IMG/VR virus record: IMGVR_UViG_3300031413_000569
Origin: a virus
DNA length: 64,000 nucleotides
Strand: one strand, 5' to 3'
Shown: positions 28,239-37,846 of the stretch, in pieces
Layout: each line of letters opens with the position of its first letter
Numbering within the stretch: position 1 is the first letter of the stretch
The notes under the pieces: model-generated
The model's input: only the letters and a program-made list of their open reading frames with translations
Told to the model about the DNA's origin: nothing
The model's database searches: none
Position numbers and translations under genes: made by a program

Positions 28239-29156
28239 CTAAAGCTTCTCATCCCCACTACGGTTGTCGAAGTAAATCTTCTGAACATTCAAATTACGTT
28301 CCAAAATGTCAGCTATGTCTACCTCAAGCTTGCTTATATCCTGCTTTAGCCTTTTGAGAATTTCGAGCGTGTCAGAGTACCCTGCGGTCTTGTCATTCTT
28401 CAACCGTTTCAAATGCAAATACGAACGCACTACATCGAGCAACTCTGCCCTTGTATGCTCTACAACATATGCTTGCTCAATAGTCAACTGTTCAGAAAAC
28501 ACATTGATTTTCATAATCGATTGTTCAATCTCTTTGACCAAATTCAAGATTTCCGCTGGAATTTCATCAACCGCTGAAGTGTCAGGTAAAGCTTCTGGGG
28601 AATTAAGTCTCACCCCAAACACTTGGCCAACAGAGTTCTTTACTGTATCTTTCAGCAAATAGGCAGAAGACCTTTTCAAAAGTACAAGAGTGACTGACCC
28701 GTCAACTGCATTTCTCAACATGTAGGTGGATTTGTCTCTATCTGAAAAACGTAAAGTAGATGCTGGTTCATTATCCAAGCAAAACTTGGTAATCGTTTCG
28801 AAAACAGCAGACGTAACAGAAACACCGTATCTACGGAGTTCATCTCTAAGATTTTTCCTCACATCGCTTTTAGCAATGCTCCCTTTAGTCGCCAACACCC
28901 CTCTTGCTATTGAGGAAGTAGCGAATAATGTTGCTCCGACCCCGGCCACAACCACAGCTGCCAGCTCCAAACCGAAAGCCCCTAAAGTGAAGAACCCGCC
29001 TGCGGATGAAAGAAAAGAATACCCTGCGGTTGGGGTGAGCCAAGAAGATTTGTTTGAAGTCTCAATCAGAGCAATAGCTTGAGTTTTCTCTTGTGCAGGA
29101 AGAATCTCAACTCCTTCTCTGGAGTTACGTTCCAATTCGTCCAGGATAGAAATCAT
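28239..29156 (-). CDS. Two-TM protein with XpaC-like C-domain
   Basis: Gly/Ala-rich hairpin, LRDELRRYGV, EQAYVVEHT..EL..VVRSY, LNVQKIYFDNR. Confidence 0.75.
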   Translation of the reverse strand: MISILDELERNSREGVEILPAQEKTQAIALIETSNKSSWLTPTAGYSFLSSAGGFFTLGAFGLELAAVVVAGVGATLFATSSIARGVLATKGSIAKSDVRKNLRDELRRYGVSVTSAVFETITKFCLDNEPASTLRFSDRDKSTYMLRNAVDGSVTLVLLKRSSAYLLKDTVKNSVGQVFGVRLNSPEALPDTSAVDEIPAEILNLVKEIEQSIMKINVFSEQLTIEQAYVVEHTRAELLDVVRSYLHLKRLKNDKTAGYSDTLEILKRLKQDISKLEVDIADILERNLNVQKIYFDNRSGDEKL

Positions 29157-29157
29157 G

Positions 29158-30060
29158 TCAGCTGCCTCTGTTCAGTTGCAAAGCGTTAGTAGGGGCTTTG
29201 GTCTTCTCTTCAAGGAAATACATTTGACTTTGCATTTGACCCAAACGGTTCTTAGCATCTGTTTTCAAAATAGTATGCAAATGCTTTTCAATCAGGTCCA
29301 CCTGCTCTAACAGAATTTGCTCGGCTTTAGCTTGGAAATCAGCATCCATGTAACGGAAAGAGTTGTATAGAGTCAAAGCGTCAGGAAGGTAGGATGTTGC
29401 AACCTGTCCAAGGAAATACTCCTCTTCAGATAGCAGGCTACGGTTACTCTTTTTTGCTTCAGCCCAGAGGAGACCCACATGATTAATCCGAGCATCAACA
29501 TTTGCACTGTCCGTATGAAAATCAGGGAACTGGCCCACATCAGGGCTTATAAACTTAGGGGATAGATTAGCTGAAAAACTCAGTTGAGCCTGATGGATGG
29601 ATGAGAGTGTGTCATAGATAGAAGAGAACCTTTGCACCTCAGCAGTATTGGAGTAATTGCTCCATGCGTGAGGTACACTGTATTCTAAGTAGCGGGTAGT
29701 AAAACTTCGTAAAGCTGCTGGCATTCTTTCTGAAACTATAATAGAAACAGTTGCAGCATCTTCATCACTCAATAGATTTCTATCAATGTCCAAAAGCTCA
29801 TCCGCGATAAGACGAACTGTGTCAAGGTACCTTCTAAATCCTGTTTTAGACTCATCAGAGAGATGCTTGGGTTTAGCCACTAATGAGTTTGCTTTGTTCT
29901 TCCAGCCAGTAGCAATGTCATAAAAAACAGAGCGGGGAGAGGACTTCACCCAAATAACAGCTTGTTTAGTTTTGGCTTGTCTTCTAGCCTGTTCTTCCAG
30001 CTGCTCTATGTTGTGCTGCATAGTTACAAGCTGATTTTCCTTGCGAGCCATAAAGTACAT
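29158..30060 (-). CDS. Protein with two tandem XpaC-like domains
   Basis: IIVSERMPAALRSF and QVATSYLPDALTLY...LLEQVDLI...QSQMYFLEEK. Confidence 0.7.
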   Translation of the reverse strand: MYFMARKENQLVTMQHNIEQLEEQARRQAKTKQAVIWVKSSPRSVFYDIATGWKNKANSLVAKPKHLSDESKTGFRRYLDTVRLIADELLDIDRNLLSDEDAATVSIIVSERMPAALRSFTTRYLEYSVPHAWSNYSNTAEVQRFSSIYDTLSSIHQAQLSFSANLSPKFISPDVGQFPDFHTDSANVDARINHVGLLWAEAKKSNRSLLSEEEYFLGQVATSYLPDALTLYNSFRYMDADFQAKAEQILLEQVDLIEKHLHTILKTDAKNRLGQMQSQMYFLEEKTKAPTNALQLNRGS

Positions 30061-30106
30061 CCAATTCTAAATTATGTATTGTCGTTGTGTGACTGAGAAG
30101 AAAAAG

Positions 30107-31075
30107 CTATTTGAGATTCAATGAAGAGTTTTTCTTCTGCCGGCTGCCAATGTATTCATCCTGTGCAGCAATTTTTCTTTCGATGGAAGCCACCTCATCG
30201 ATGAACACCTGAGCCAGTTCGTCATTCAAATTATTCAAAGAACGCACTAAAGAAGCTCGCTCTTTGATAGGAGCGCCTAATGCAATGAGTTCAGAATTCA
30301 ACCTGGTAATTTCTGCCAAGTCATTCTTGGTTCGGTCAACAACATGCTGAGATTCAATAGAAAGCCTACGACCAGCAAGTTTAGTCAACTTGCTTTCAAT
30401 ATCATCAAGGACGCTTGCAGCTTTAGATAAAGTCCTACGATCCCCAACATTACGGAACACATTCAATGTTTCCACCAGTTTATTGGACTGGTCAACGGCA
30501 GTGGCTGCCAACATTTTCTTTTCATCCAACACATATGTTCCGCGTTCAGTACGCTTCAAAGCGAACTTGCGTCCATTGACATCTTCCACAGTCATCTTCT
30601 TAGGGAACGCATTCACTTCATCAAGTTTTGATGATAACGTGTCAATGTTGTACCGTGAATGCAGCCAGTCTTGCAAGTTATTCTGGTTTGTACGCTTAAT
30701 TTCAGCAATTTTCTGTTTTACCTGGTTTCGTTTTTGTACACCTACACCATAGATAATACCAGCTGCTGAAGGAAGTCCAACAGCTGTCAGCATGCCCACG
30801 AGAAGAATGTCCGCACCAGGGATACAGGTAGCGACTGCAGCTCCTAAGAACCCAGTCATAGCAGGAGCAAGGATAACAATAGCTCCGCCTCCATCAGACA
30901 TTAACTCACCAAAGTCAAACTTCTCTTCAAGCGAATTAAGCTTGGTTTTCACTTCAGCCAGTTCATCTTCACTGATGACAGGATGATATGAATCTGCAAT
31001 CTCAGAAGGAGATGCGTTAACAGTTACTAAACTATCTGATCTGGTCTGGACAAGTTCGTTGGACATAGCTCTCAT
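30107..31075 (-). CDS. Two-TM protein with XpaC-like C-domain
   Basis: LQDWLHSRYNI; ESQHVVDRTKNDL; LNDEL; AQDEYIGSR. Confidence 0.78.
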   Translation of the reverse strand: MRAMSNELVQTRSDSLVTVNASPSEIADSYHPVISEDELAEVKTKLNSLEEKFDFGELMSDGGGAIVILAPAMTGFLGAAVATCIPGADILLVGMLTAVGLPSAAGIIYGVGVQKRNQVKQKIAEIKRTNQNNLQDWLHSRYNIDTLSSKLDEVNAFPKKMTVEDVNGRKFALKRTERGTYVLDEKKMLAATAVDQSNKLVETLNVFRNVGDRRTLSKAASVLDDIESKLTKLAGRRLSIESQHVVDRTKNDLAEITRLNSELIALGAPIKERASLVRSLNNLNDELAQVFIDEVASIERKIAAQDEYIGSRQKKNSSLNLK

Positions 31076-31101
31076 TCTATCAAGGAAATGATTTTAAAAC
31101 A

Positions 31102-31137
31102 AGTAAGGGGAGCAACTTCACGGTTGCTCCCCTTACT
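31102..31137. terminator. Intrinsic terminator
   Basis: agtaaggggagcaac-ttcacg-gttgctccccttact. Confidence 0.85.
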
Positions 31138-31146
31138 CAGACGTTA

Positions 31147-31725
31147 TTAGCCAAGCTGAACGCCGAAGTCGCCAGCGATACCAGCAAGACCGGTACCGTA
31201 ACCCTGACCAACAGCACGGAACTTCCACTCGGCACCGTTACGGTAAACCTCAGCGAAGACCAGACCAGTCTCAACAGCGTAGTCCTCGGAGAGGTCGTAG
31301 CGGACAATCTCCTCGTTGGTGTCAGCGTTCACGATGCGAACGTAAGCGTTACGGACCTGACCGAAGCTCTGGCCACGCTCATCAGCCTGGTCGATGGTTG
31401 CAGTGATAACAACCTTGTCCACATCAGCAGCAACAGTGCTGAGGTTGATGGAAATGGTCTCGTCGTCACCATCGCCCTCACCAGTGCGGTTGTCACCGTT
31501 GTAAACAACGGAACCGTCAGCAGCAGCAGGCTGGTTGTAGAAGATGAAGTCTTCGCCGCTGCGGACCTTACCAGTGTCAGCAACAAGAAGGGCGGAAGCG
31601 TCGAGGTCGAAAGCCTGACCGTCAGTGGAACGAGCGTCCCAACCGAGTCCGACAGTAACGTTGGTCAGACCAGGGCTGGTCTTGGTGAGGGAAAGATTGG
31701 CACCCTTGGTGAGAGTAAGAGACAT
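31147..31725 (-). CDS. terD: TerD/TerE-family protein
   Basis: GLGWD, DLDASA, GDNRTGEGDGDDETI, EVYRNGAEWKFRAVGQGY. Confidence 0.95.
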   Translation of the reverse strand: MSLTLTKGANLSLTKTSPGLTNVTVGLGWDARSTDGQAFDLDASALLVADTGKVRSGEDFIFYNQPAAADGSVVYNGDNRTGEGDGDDETISINLSTVAADVDKVVITATIDQADERGQSFGQVRNAYVRIVNADTNEEIVRYDLSEDYAVETGLVFAEVYRNGAEWKFRAVGQGYGTGLAGIAGDFGVQLG

Positions 31726-31849
31726 GGTAGTTTATCCTAACTATAAGTTGATAAGTATGTTTCATTCGTTGCGAACAAATACAACCTTAGCATAAGTCAT
31801 CGGTTGAAACAAATCAAACAAGAAAAAAGTTTGAGCTTTCAGGAAACTA

Positions 31850-32506
31850 TCAGTTTGACTTGATTGTGGAAGTCAAACTGAGACGACCTGGATTGAACTT
31901 AGAAGCAAGATAAAGACGGTTCGTTTCCAGCTTCTTTTCTGCGTCTTTGATAATCGAATCATCCACACTGCCTACTGCAGCTTTCAAATTCTTCAACTGT
32001 TCCAAAACGCTCGCTGTTTGCTTGCTCTTCCTGAACCTACTGCCACCTAATGATCCAAACAGCTTCAAGGTTTCAGGCAGATGGGTGAACGCGATGGTTT
32101 GTAGGATGTGGTCTTGTTCCACAGACAAATCAGAATGTTTGCGAGATTCGATACTGAGCAAACTTTTCGTCAGATCAGTAGCAACTATTTTTACTTCACG
32201 AGGTAAAACTTCACTGGCCTGAATATACTGTTCCATCATGTTCACTTGGACCAAAAAACTATTGACCGGCGGTTCATCATTCGTAGACACACCAATCTGT
32301 TTTGATTTAGAGGCTCTCAAAGGTTTGCTGTCTGGAACTTCATCAGCAAGACCTCTCGCAAGTAACTTGAAGTATGAAGCATCCAGTTCTTTGAGTCGAT
32401 CCCCATAAGCGACGAAACTTCCTATAGCTATCCCTACAGGTGCAGCTATTATCATCCAAATAGGAAAAAATGCTGTCACCCAGTAAGGCAATATGATTTC
32501 AGACAT
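31850..32506 (-). CDS. Membrane-anchored XpaC-like protein
   Basis: TM; EQDHILQTIAFTHLPETLKLF...VLEQLKNL...TNRLYLASKF. Confidence 0.72.
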   Translation of the reverse strand: MSEIILPYWVTAFFPIWMIIAAPVGIAIGSFVAYGDRLKELDASYFKLLARGLADEVPDSKPLRASKSKQIGVSTNDEPPVNSFLVQVNMMEQYIQASEVLPREVKIVATDLTKSLLSIESRKHSDLSVEQDHILQTIAFTHLPETLKLFGSLGGSRFRKSKQTASVLEQLKNLKAAVGSVDDSIIKDAEKKLETNRLYLASKFNPGRLSLTSTIKSN

Positions 32507-32507
32507 A

Positions 32508-33071
32508 TCAGACTCCTCTTCCTTGACGTAACTGCAATGAGGTTTTCTTTGCTGCTACCTTGACAGTAGTTTTATGGTGTTTTCTTAGCTTATCCAACCA
32601 AGCGTCATAAGCTGGCCGCAGTGAATGCTTCAAATCAGATTTGACAACTTCTGGATGGTTAGATTCTTCGATTGTTTTCAAGTCGGCGCTGTAATCCACC
32701 AAGAAAACAAGTAGCACATCACAAAACAAACGGGCAAAATCTGGTCGGACAAAATCAGGATACGTACTTTTTTCTACTTCGAGCAAATTTTCTAACTTGT
32801 TCTCCAGGTTAGAATCAAGCTCCCAAGCTAAACCATATTCATCAGCAATGACCGTAAACGTTCTAAGATCATCATATGTCAACTGTGTCATATCAATCTG
32901 ACCAGAAGAGTATTTCATTCTTAGCTGCTGCATGATAGCTTGGTTTCTCAGGAAACGTTGTTTGATCCTCTTACCTTGTGGTGCAAAACGAGCATCAGTA
33001 AATTTAGACAGACAGAACGCTCCAGTTCCAACTAATAAAGCTGGCAAAAAAGCCACAATCATGTTCAGCAT
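32508..33071 (-). CDS. Membrane-anchored helical protein (resembles 27657-28211)
   Basis: N-terminal TM; coupled to the next gene. Confidence 0.7.
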   Translation of the reverse strand: MLNMIVAFLPALLVGTGAFCLSKFTDARFAPQGKRIKQRFLRNQAIMQQLRMKYSSGQIDMTQLTYDDLRTFTVIADEYGLAWELDSNLENKLENLLEVEKSTYPDFVRPDFARLFCDVLLVFLVDYSADLKTIEESNHPEVVKSDLKHSLRPAYDAWLDKLRKHHKTTVKVAAKKTSLQLRQGRGV

Positions 33072-33171
33072 AACGTTATTCGATCCTCAAATTATATAAT
33101 ATTCACATAAGTGTGCTACCAGTGTAACTCAGAATACTAACCAGATACTAAAAAAATATATAGTACGAATG

Positions 33172-34209
33172 TTAGGTTTCTAAAGTCAAGTCTGTTTTGC
33201 TTGTGCCAGACCTGCGAGCTTTATCCAGAAGGTACTCTCTTTGGATAATCAGTTCATTATGAGCATCATCAGTTTCAACAGCAAGAGTAGCTTTTAGTTG
33301 AGCGTTCAGAACCTGTAGCACTTCAACCAGCACTGCATCTGATGGTTGCTCATCATCATTCAAATCATTCAGACGCTGGAATGATGCAAGAGCCTGTTGC
33401 GTATCCCTACTAACTTGCTCAAGCTCATATTGGGATTCAATATTCAAGTTACATTTGCTGAGAATACTCATACGGAGTTCAATTTTCGATAACAGCGTTT
33501 TCACCTCATCAGAAAACACTAAAGCTGCTTTCTCGGGAGGGGCAATAGCTGCAGGTTTCATTACCTGACGCTGTGGGGACTCACTATGCAGATTTCTACT
33601 CTCAACAGGAGCCACAAACCATCCGATTGTGTTGGTCTCCTTTTTGAAATACCATTCATTGCCTTGTAAATCTTTGAATCTATTGGGGATATACACACCA
33701 GCTTCAAGGTCGTAACTACCTCCTCTATCTACAGCATCAGCCAAAGCATCTAAAGTTTTATCCCCGACAGTAATTTGGTACCTTGAGTTCAGCCACAAAG
33801 CTAACCCTTTCTTGTTAACTTGGTGGATTTGCGAAGCCAATTTTTCCCGGGCAAGGAACTTACCATTTGTCAACCAGCGTAAAATTCCATAAGTTGCTCC
33901 TCCTACAGCTGGAGTTCCCAAAAAGAAAACAGCTGCTGTACTAAGATAAGCTTCCGCTGGAGCAATCATAGCCCAGCCGGCAGAGACAAAAAAGACAGGC
34001 AGCGCTAGAGTGCCTGAGGCTAATGTAAGGGAACTGCGAAGCTCATCTGGTTTATGTAAATCACTGGAACCAACTACAGAAGAAAAAACTGCCTCACCTG
34101 TTCCAGTTTTCTGCAACCAACCCTGGACATCACTATTCACTACAACAGGACGTTTAGCGTCCAATACCAACTCTTTACTTGGTACTACTAAATCTTGTGA
34201 TTCACTCAT
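33172..34209 (-). CDS. Two-TM protein with XpaC-like C-domain
   Basis: LALWLNSRYQI; W.F......GWFV; ESQYELEQVSRDTQQAL; IQREYL. Confidence 0.8.
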   Translation of the reverse strand: MSESQDLVVPSKELVLDAKRPVVVNSDVQGWLQKTGTGEAVFSSVVGSSDLHKPDELRSSLTLASGTLALPVFFVSAGWAMIAPAEAYLSTAAVFFLGTPAVGGATYGILRWLTNGKFLAREKLASQIHQVNKKGLALWLNSRYQITVGDKTLDALADAVDRGGSYDLEAGVYIPNRFKDLQGNEWYFKKETNTIGWFVAPVESRNLHSESPQRQVMKPAAIAPPEKAALVFSDEVKTLLSKIELRMSILSKCNLNIESQYELEQVSRDTQQALASFQRLNDLNDDEQPSDAVLVEVLQVLNAQLKATLAVETDDAHNELIIQREYLLDKARRSGTSKTDLTLET

Positions 34210-34273
34210 AGTTATAACGTTACCATTTTCAATCCAGCTGACAGGTTAAAGCCAATGGTTTTTTGGAGGTTGA

Positions 34274-35068
34274 TTATTCCTTCTCAGATTCAGGTAGTGA
34301 TTTCAAGAAGGCCTCTAACGCAGCCCTCAAACTCTGAGCTGACTCAGCAGAGCTGACAGCAGAGTCATCTTCATCCAGAGTTCGACTTAAAGCTAAAGCA
34401 GCTTCATGCACTCTGGGCAGGGAAGAGTCAACTACTTCTCCTGTAGGTTCAGGTGTTACAACCTGGTACTCAAACGAACCATCATCTGTCAACCGAGCAA
34501 TACGGAAAGACTCCTGTGCTTTAAAGAACCATTGCAGACTGTTTGCTGCAGTGATATTTTTTCGAACCAAGTTCCATACATCATCCAAGTCAAATCCGTT
34601 TGGTAACACTTCAGACCAACGAGATTCATCAACCAACACAGAAAGTCCGTGTCCCCTGTCAAGCATTTCCCAAGGGAACCACAACACTCTACTGTCGGCA
34701 TTGTCAACAACAACTGCACTTGGGTGCATTCTGAAGATTGCACCGTAGGGATCAAATTCGCTGTAATTATTCCAAGGATGAGGCATCTTCCAGTAATTAG
34801 ACTCAAACGTGTGAGCAAAAGCCTTATCAGCTGGCGAATCAACCAAAGATTTTGCCCACGGAACATTGTCAGTCAAAACAGCAATATGATCGTTCTTAGA
34901 TTCCATGAAAACTTCAGCAGCAGCTGTGCGAAGCTTTTCAATGTCTTTACCTACGAAAAGAGTCAGCCCGTTAAAAAGATCAAGGTTGTCAACAGAGGTG
35001 GTTACGAAGCGGTAACCAAGAGGTTTATCTAATTTTTCAGTATGAGGTAATTTGAATGTCATACTCAC
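34274..35068 (-). CDS. Hypothetical protein, possibly a degenerate P-loop fold
   Basis: GLTLFVG and AVVVDNAD resemble Walker A/B strands but there is no GKT/S. Confidence 0.6.
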   Translation of the reverse strand: MSMTFKLPHTEKLDKPLGYRFVTTSVDNLDLFNGLTLFVGKDIEKLRTAAAEVFMESKNDHIAVLTDNVPWAKSLVDSPADKAFAHTFESNYWKMPHPWNNYSEFDPYGAIFRMHPSAVVVDNADSRVLWFPWEMLDRGHGLSVLVDESRWSEVLPNGFDLDDVWNLVRKNITAANSLQWFFKAQESFRIARLTDDGSFEYQVVTPEPTGEVVDSSLPRVHEAALALSRTLDEDDSAVSSAESAQSLRAALEAFLKSLPESEKE

Positions 35069-35113
35069 ATCCTACCCGAGAAGTAAAAACCTCTTCAAAA
35101 TGCGTACTTAAAC

Positions 35114-35149
35114 AAAAGGAGGGAAGGATGTTTAGCCTTCCCTCCTTTT
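35114..35149. terminator. Intrinsic terminator
   Basis: aaaaggagggaagg-8nt-ccttccctcctttt. Confidence 0.85.
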
Positions 35150-35150
35150 A

Positions 35151-35651
35151 TCACTCTGGGATTTTCCAGTAACCCCACAAAGCGGCATAACCACCTCGAA
35201 GGTCATCAATGTTATTAAACACCTGGAGTTGTTTGTTCATATCTCCAATAGCATCCACAAGAGGTCGAATCTCATTATACCTTGAATCATCTGAACCGAC
35301 CTTGGTGTCAGATACCATTACCTGGAAAGCCTCGACAGCTTCTACTCTGAGTTTTTCAATCTCCTGTCGAACAAACTCAGCATCTTCTTCATCAAAACCA
35401 ACATGGTCCAACGCTGCAGCAATAGCATGCTCTTCAGTGCCTCGTGTAGACCAGCCTTTCTGACGAACTTCTTCCTTACCAAGCTCAGACAGAGCAGCCC
35501 ATTCCTTTTCAGGCGAGTTGGTATACGGAATCTGGAACATGGCGACCATGGAGCGACTGTCCATTACGTAATACTCTTCAGCACCGCCACCCATACCAGT
35601 GATTTCTTTCACCACAACAGCTTTACTACCAGCTTTTACCAAAATATCCAT
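35151..35651 (-). CDS. Hypothetical protein (166 aa)
   Basis: ORF with GGAGG RBS and downstream terminator. Confidence 0.75.
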   Translation of the reverse strand: MDILVKAGSKAVVVKEITGMGGGAEEYYVMDSRSMVAMFQIPYTNSPEKEWAALSELGKEEVRQKGWSTRGTEEHAIAAALDHVGFDEEDAEFVRQEIEKLRVEAVEAFQVMVSDTKVGSDDSRYNEIRPLVDAIGDMNKQLQVFNNIDDLRGGYAALWGYWKIPE

Positions 35652-35711
35652 TTACAACCTCCAAGGTTTACATTCTTAGTGTACAGCATATGAACACAAA
35701 CTACAATTGTC

Positions 35712-36737
35712 TTACTTGTTAGACACTGAATCTGTCAAAGGTAAACTTACTTGCTGAGAAACACCAATAACAGGCTTCGTAGATTCGATCATCAAACCAG
35801 ACCCAGGCTTCAAACCACGAGAGCTAACCCATTCAGATTGGACCTTCAACTCTTTTCTTACTGAGTCTAACGCAACATCAATAACAGTCTGCACTTCAGA
35901 GTTCAAGTTCGACAAAGTAACCACAACCTCATCCACATCTAAAGACCCACCCAGACGCTGTAGTTGTTTCATGTTACGAACCAAACCTGCATAATCCTGC
36001 TGCACCCGTGAAATAATATGCTGCTCCTCTGCAGCTAATTCATTCAAAGATACAATCGCCATCTTCTTCACCAAAGCTTCTGACAAAATAACAGCTTCTC
36101 CCACAAAAACATCTGGTTCGGAAGCAACATCGATGTTAGCTATCTCAGTGGTAGAAGAGTGTGCAAGGTCCAAGCCAAGAACTCGGCCCAGATTTTTATC
36201 AGCAGAAGAGTGTGCGAACTCCAAGCCAAGAACCAAACCCAGATTCTCATCAGTTATATCAACCTTCAACACCAGGTCAGTACCATCTTTAGATTCCAAT
36301 ACCAAATGTACAGCATGCTGAGCAGAGATACTGTCGATACTATCCCACACTACCTTCTCCTGCTCTGATGACAGTTGTAAACTATAACGGGCAGCCAGCC
36401 AAGTTTTCAAAGCTTCAAAGTTCAACGAATTTGCTGCATGGAGTTTATCATCAAAACGAGCTCGCCTAACTCCAACAGCAGCCGCAAGGCTTACCGCTAT
36501 CGCAGTCGAGCTACCGATGATAATTTGAGCGGGTCCGTCCAAGCCAAGAAAAGCTGCAGTAATACCACCTACAGGAAAAGTAAGACCGCCAGAAAATAGT
36601 GGGAAAAAAGTGGCACCTGAACCCATGAAACTTGACCAAAAAGAAGTCTTCACCGGATTCACCACAGGATGAAAAGCTTCTAAAGCTGACGGAGCAGGAA
36701 CCAGCACTTTGTTCTTCAGTACAACAGTTTTACTCAT
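35712..36737 (-). CDS. Two-TM protein with XpaC-like C-domain and a 17-aa internal duplication
   Basis: LKTWLAARYSL; EEQHIISRVQQD; VQSEWVSSR. Confidence 0.8.
   Translation of the reverse strand: MSKTVVLKNKVLVPAPSALEAFHPVVNPVKTSFWSSFMGSGATFFPLFSGGLTFPVGGITAAFLGLDGPAQIIIGSSTAIAVSLAAAVGVRRARFDDKLHAANSLNFEALKTWLAARYSLQLSSEQEKVVWDSIDSISAQHAVHLVLESKDGTDLVLKVDITDENLGLVLGLEFAHSSADKNLGRVLGLDLAHSSTTEIANIDVASEPDVFVGEAVILSEALVKKMAIVSLNELAAEEQHIISRVQQDYAGLVRNMKQLQRLGGSLDVDEVVVTLSNLNSEVQTVIDVALDSVRKELKVQSEWVSSRGLKPGSGLMIESTKPVIGVSQQVSLPLTDSVSNK
36153..36248. repeat. Imperfect 51-bp tandem duplication
   Basis: agaagagtgtgc..ccaagccaagaac...cccagatt starting at 36153 and 36204. Confidence 0.8.
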
Positions 36738-36742
36738 GCAAA

Positions 36743-37846
36743 TTACCTAACCCTATTCTTCTCATATTCCGTGCCATCCACAGATACTGGTGCAACCTCA
36801 TCAACAATAACAGATGCTGGCAAAACCAAAGCAGAATCACTCACCAACTGGCGTGATTTCAGATAAGCATTCTGCGACCTAAAATCATTCGCTAACACAT
36901 CAGTTTCCTGCTGTAATAAGATACTCAATTCGTTGTTCAGAAGAGTTAGATTCTCTGCCAACAACGTAGCTGCAACCTCAACTTCACCAGCAGAAGAAAG
37001 CTTGCTAAACAAATTCAAACCCTGACGCAAATCTTGCTGAGAACGCAGCAATGCATGCTGAGACTCAGTAGATAACGACAAATCTTCCAACACGCGTTGC
37101 TTTGCTTTGAAGCTCTCCAACAGCACAACACATTCATTAGGTAACAGGTCGGTATCAACCAATAATTTAGCCTCAGCCAACTCCTGAGTCGCAACATTTT
37201 GAACCAATGCAGCAGGAGTCACTGTCGCTTCTTTCTCCGTTGCTGATTTGACTTCCTCAACAAACCAACCAGCTTTGACTGTATCGTAAGCAAAGTTCCA
37301 GAGTCTACCCACGTTGTTAGTGTCAACAAACTGAACAGGAGTCTCCCAGTAAAGATGGACAACCATATTACGCAAATCATCCTCAGGCACAGAAGACAGA
37401 CTGTAACGGCTCCTAAGCCACTCTTTCAGAAACTCAGTATTGTATTGATGGTTCTCTTCAACCAAAAACTTGGCTGTATCTGCTTTTTCACGCGTCACAT
37501 ATTTGAAAACTCTAAAAGAAGCGTAACCCAGTAAAGTGAAACCAGTCGCACAAGCTCCGAAAGCTGCAGTCGCTATACCAGGTCCTACTGTATCCAAGAT
37601 TTGAGAGCTAGGAAAAATTGAGACAAAAGCTCCACCTACAGAAGGAAGAATAAAGAATCGACCCTTACCACGGTCGTCTCTACCTTCGAAGCTTAACTCC
37701 ATCCTCGCTTTTGAATCCAATAAAGGAGTGAACAATTCAGAACCTGACTGCATCTTTGGCGCCCAAGTTTCAACCATAGCCTGGAAAGCATCAACATCAT
37801 AGCCGACGATCTTATCATTCTTCATCACCATAATATCAGATGACAT
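36743..37846 (-). CDS. Two-TM protein with XpaC-like C-domain
   Basis: LKEWLRSRYSL; WNFAYD...GWFVEE; ESQHALLRSQQDLRQ; SQNAYLKSR. Confidence 0.85.
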   Translation of the reverse strand: MSSDIMVMKNDKIVGYDVDAFQAMVETWAPKMQSGSELFTPLLDSKARMELSFEGRDDRGKGRFFILPSVGGAFVSIFPSSQILDTVGPGIATAAFGACATGFTLLGYASFRVFKYVTREKADTAKFLVEENHQYNTEFLKEWLRSRYSLSSVPEDDLRNMVVHLYWETPVQFVDTNNVGRLWNFAYDTVKAGWFVEEVKSATEKEATVTPAALVQNVATQELAEAKLLVDTDLLPNECVVLLESFKAKQRVLEDLSLSTESQHALLRSQQDLRQGLNLFSKLSSAGEVEVAATLLAENLTLLNNELSILLQQETDVLANDFRSQNAYLKSRQLVSDSALVLPASVIVDEVAPVSVDGTEYEKNRVR

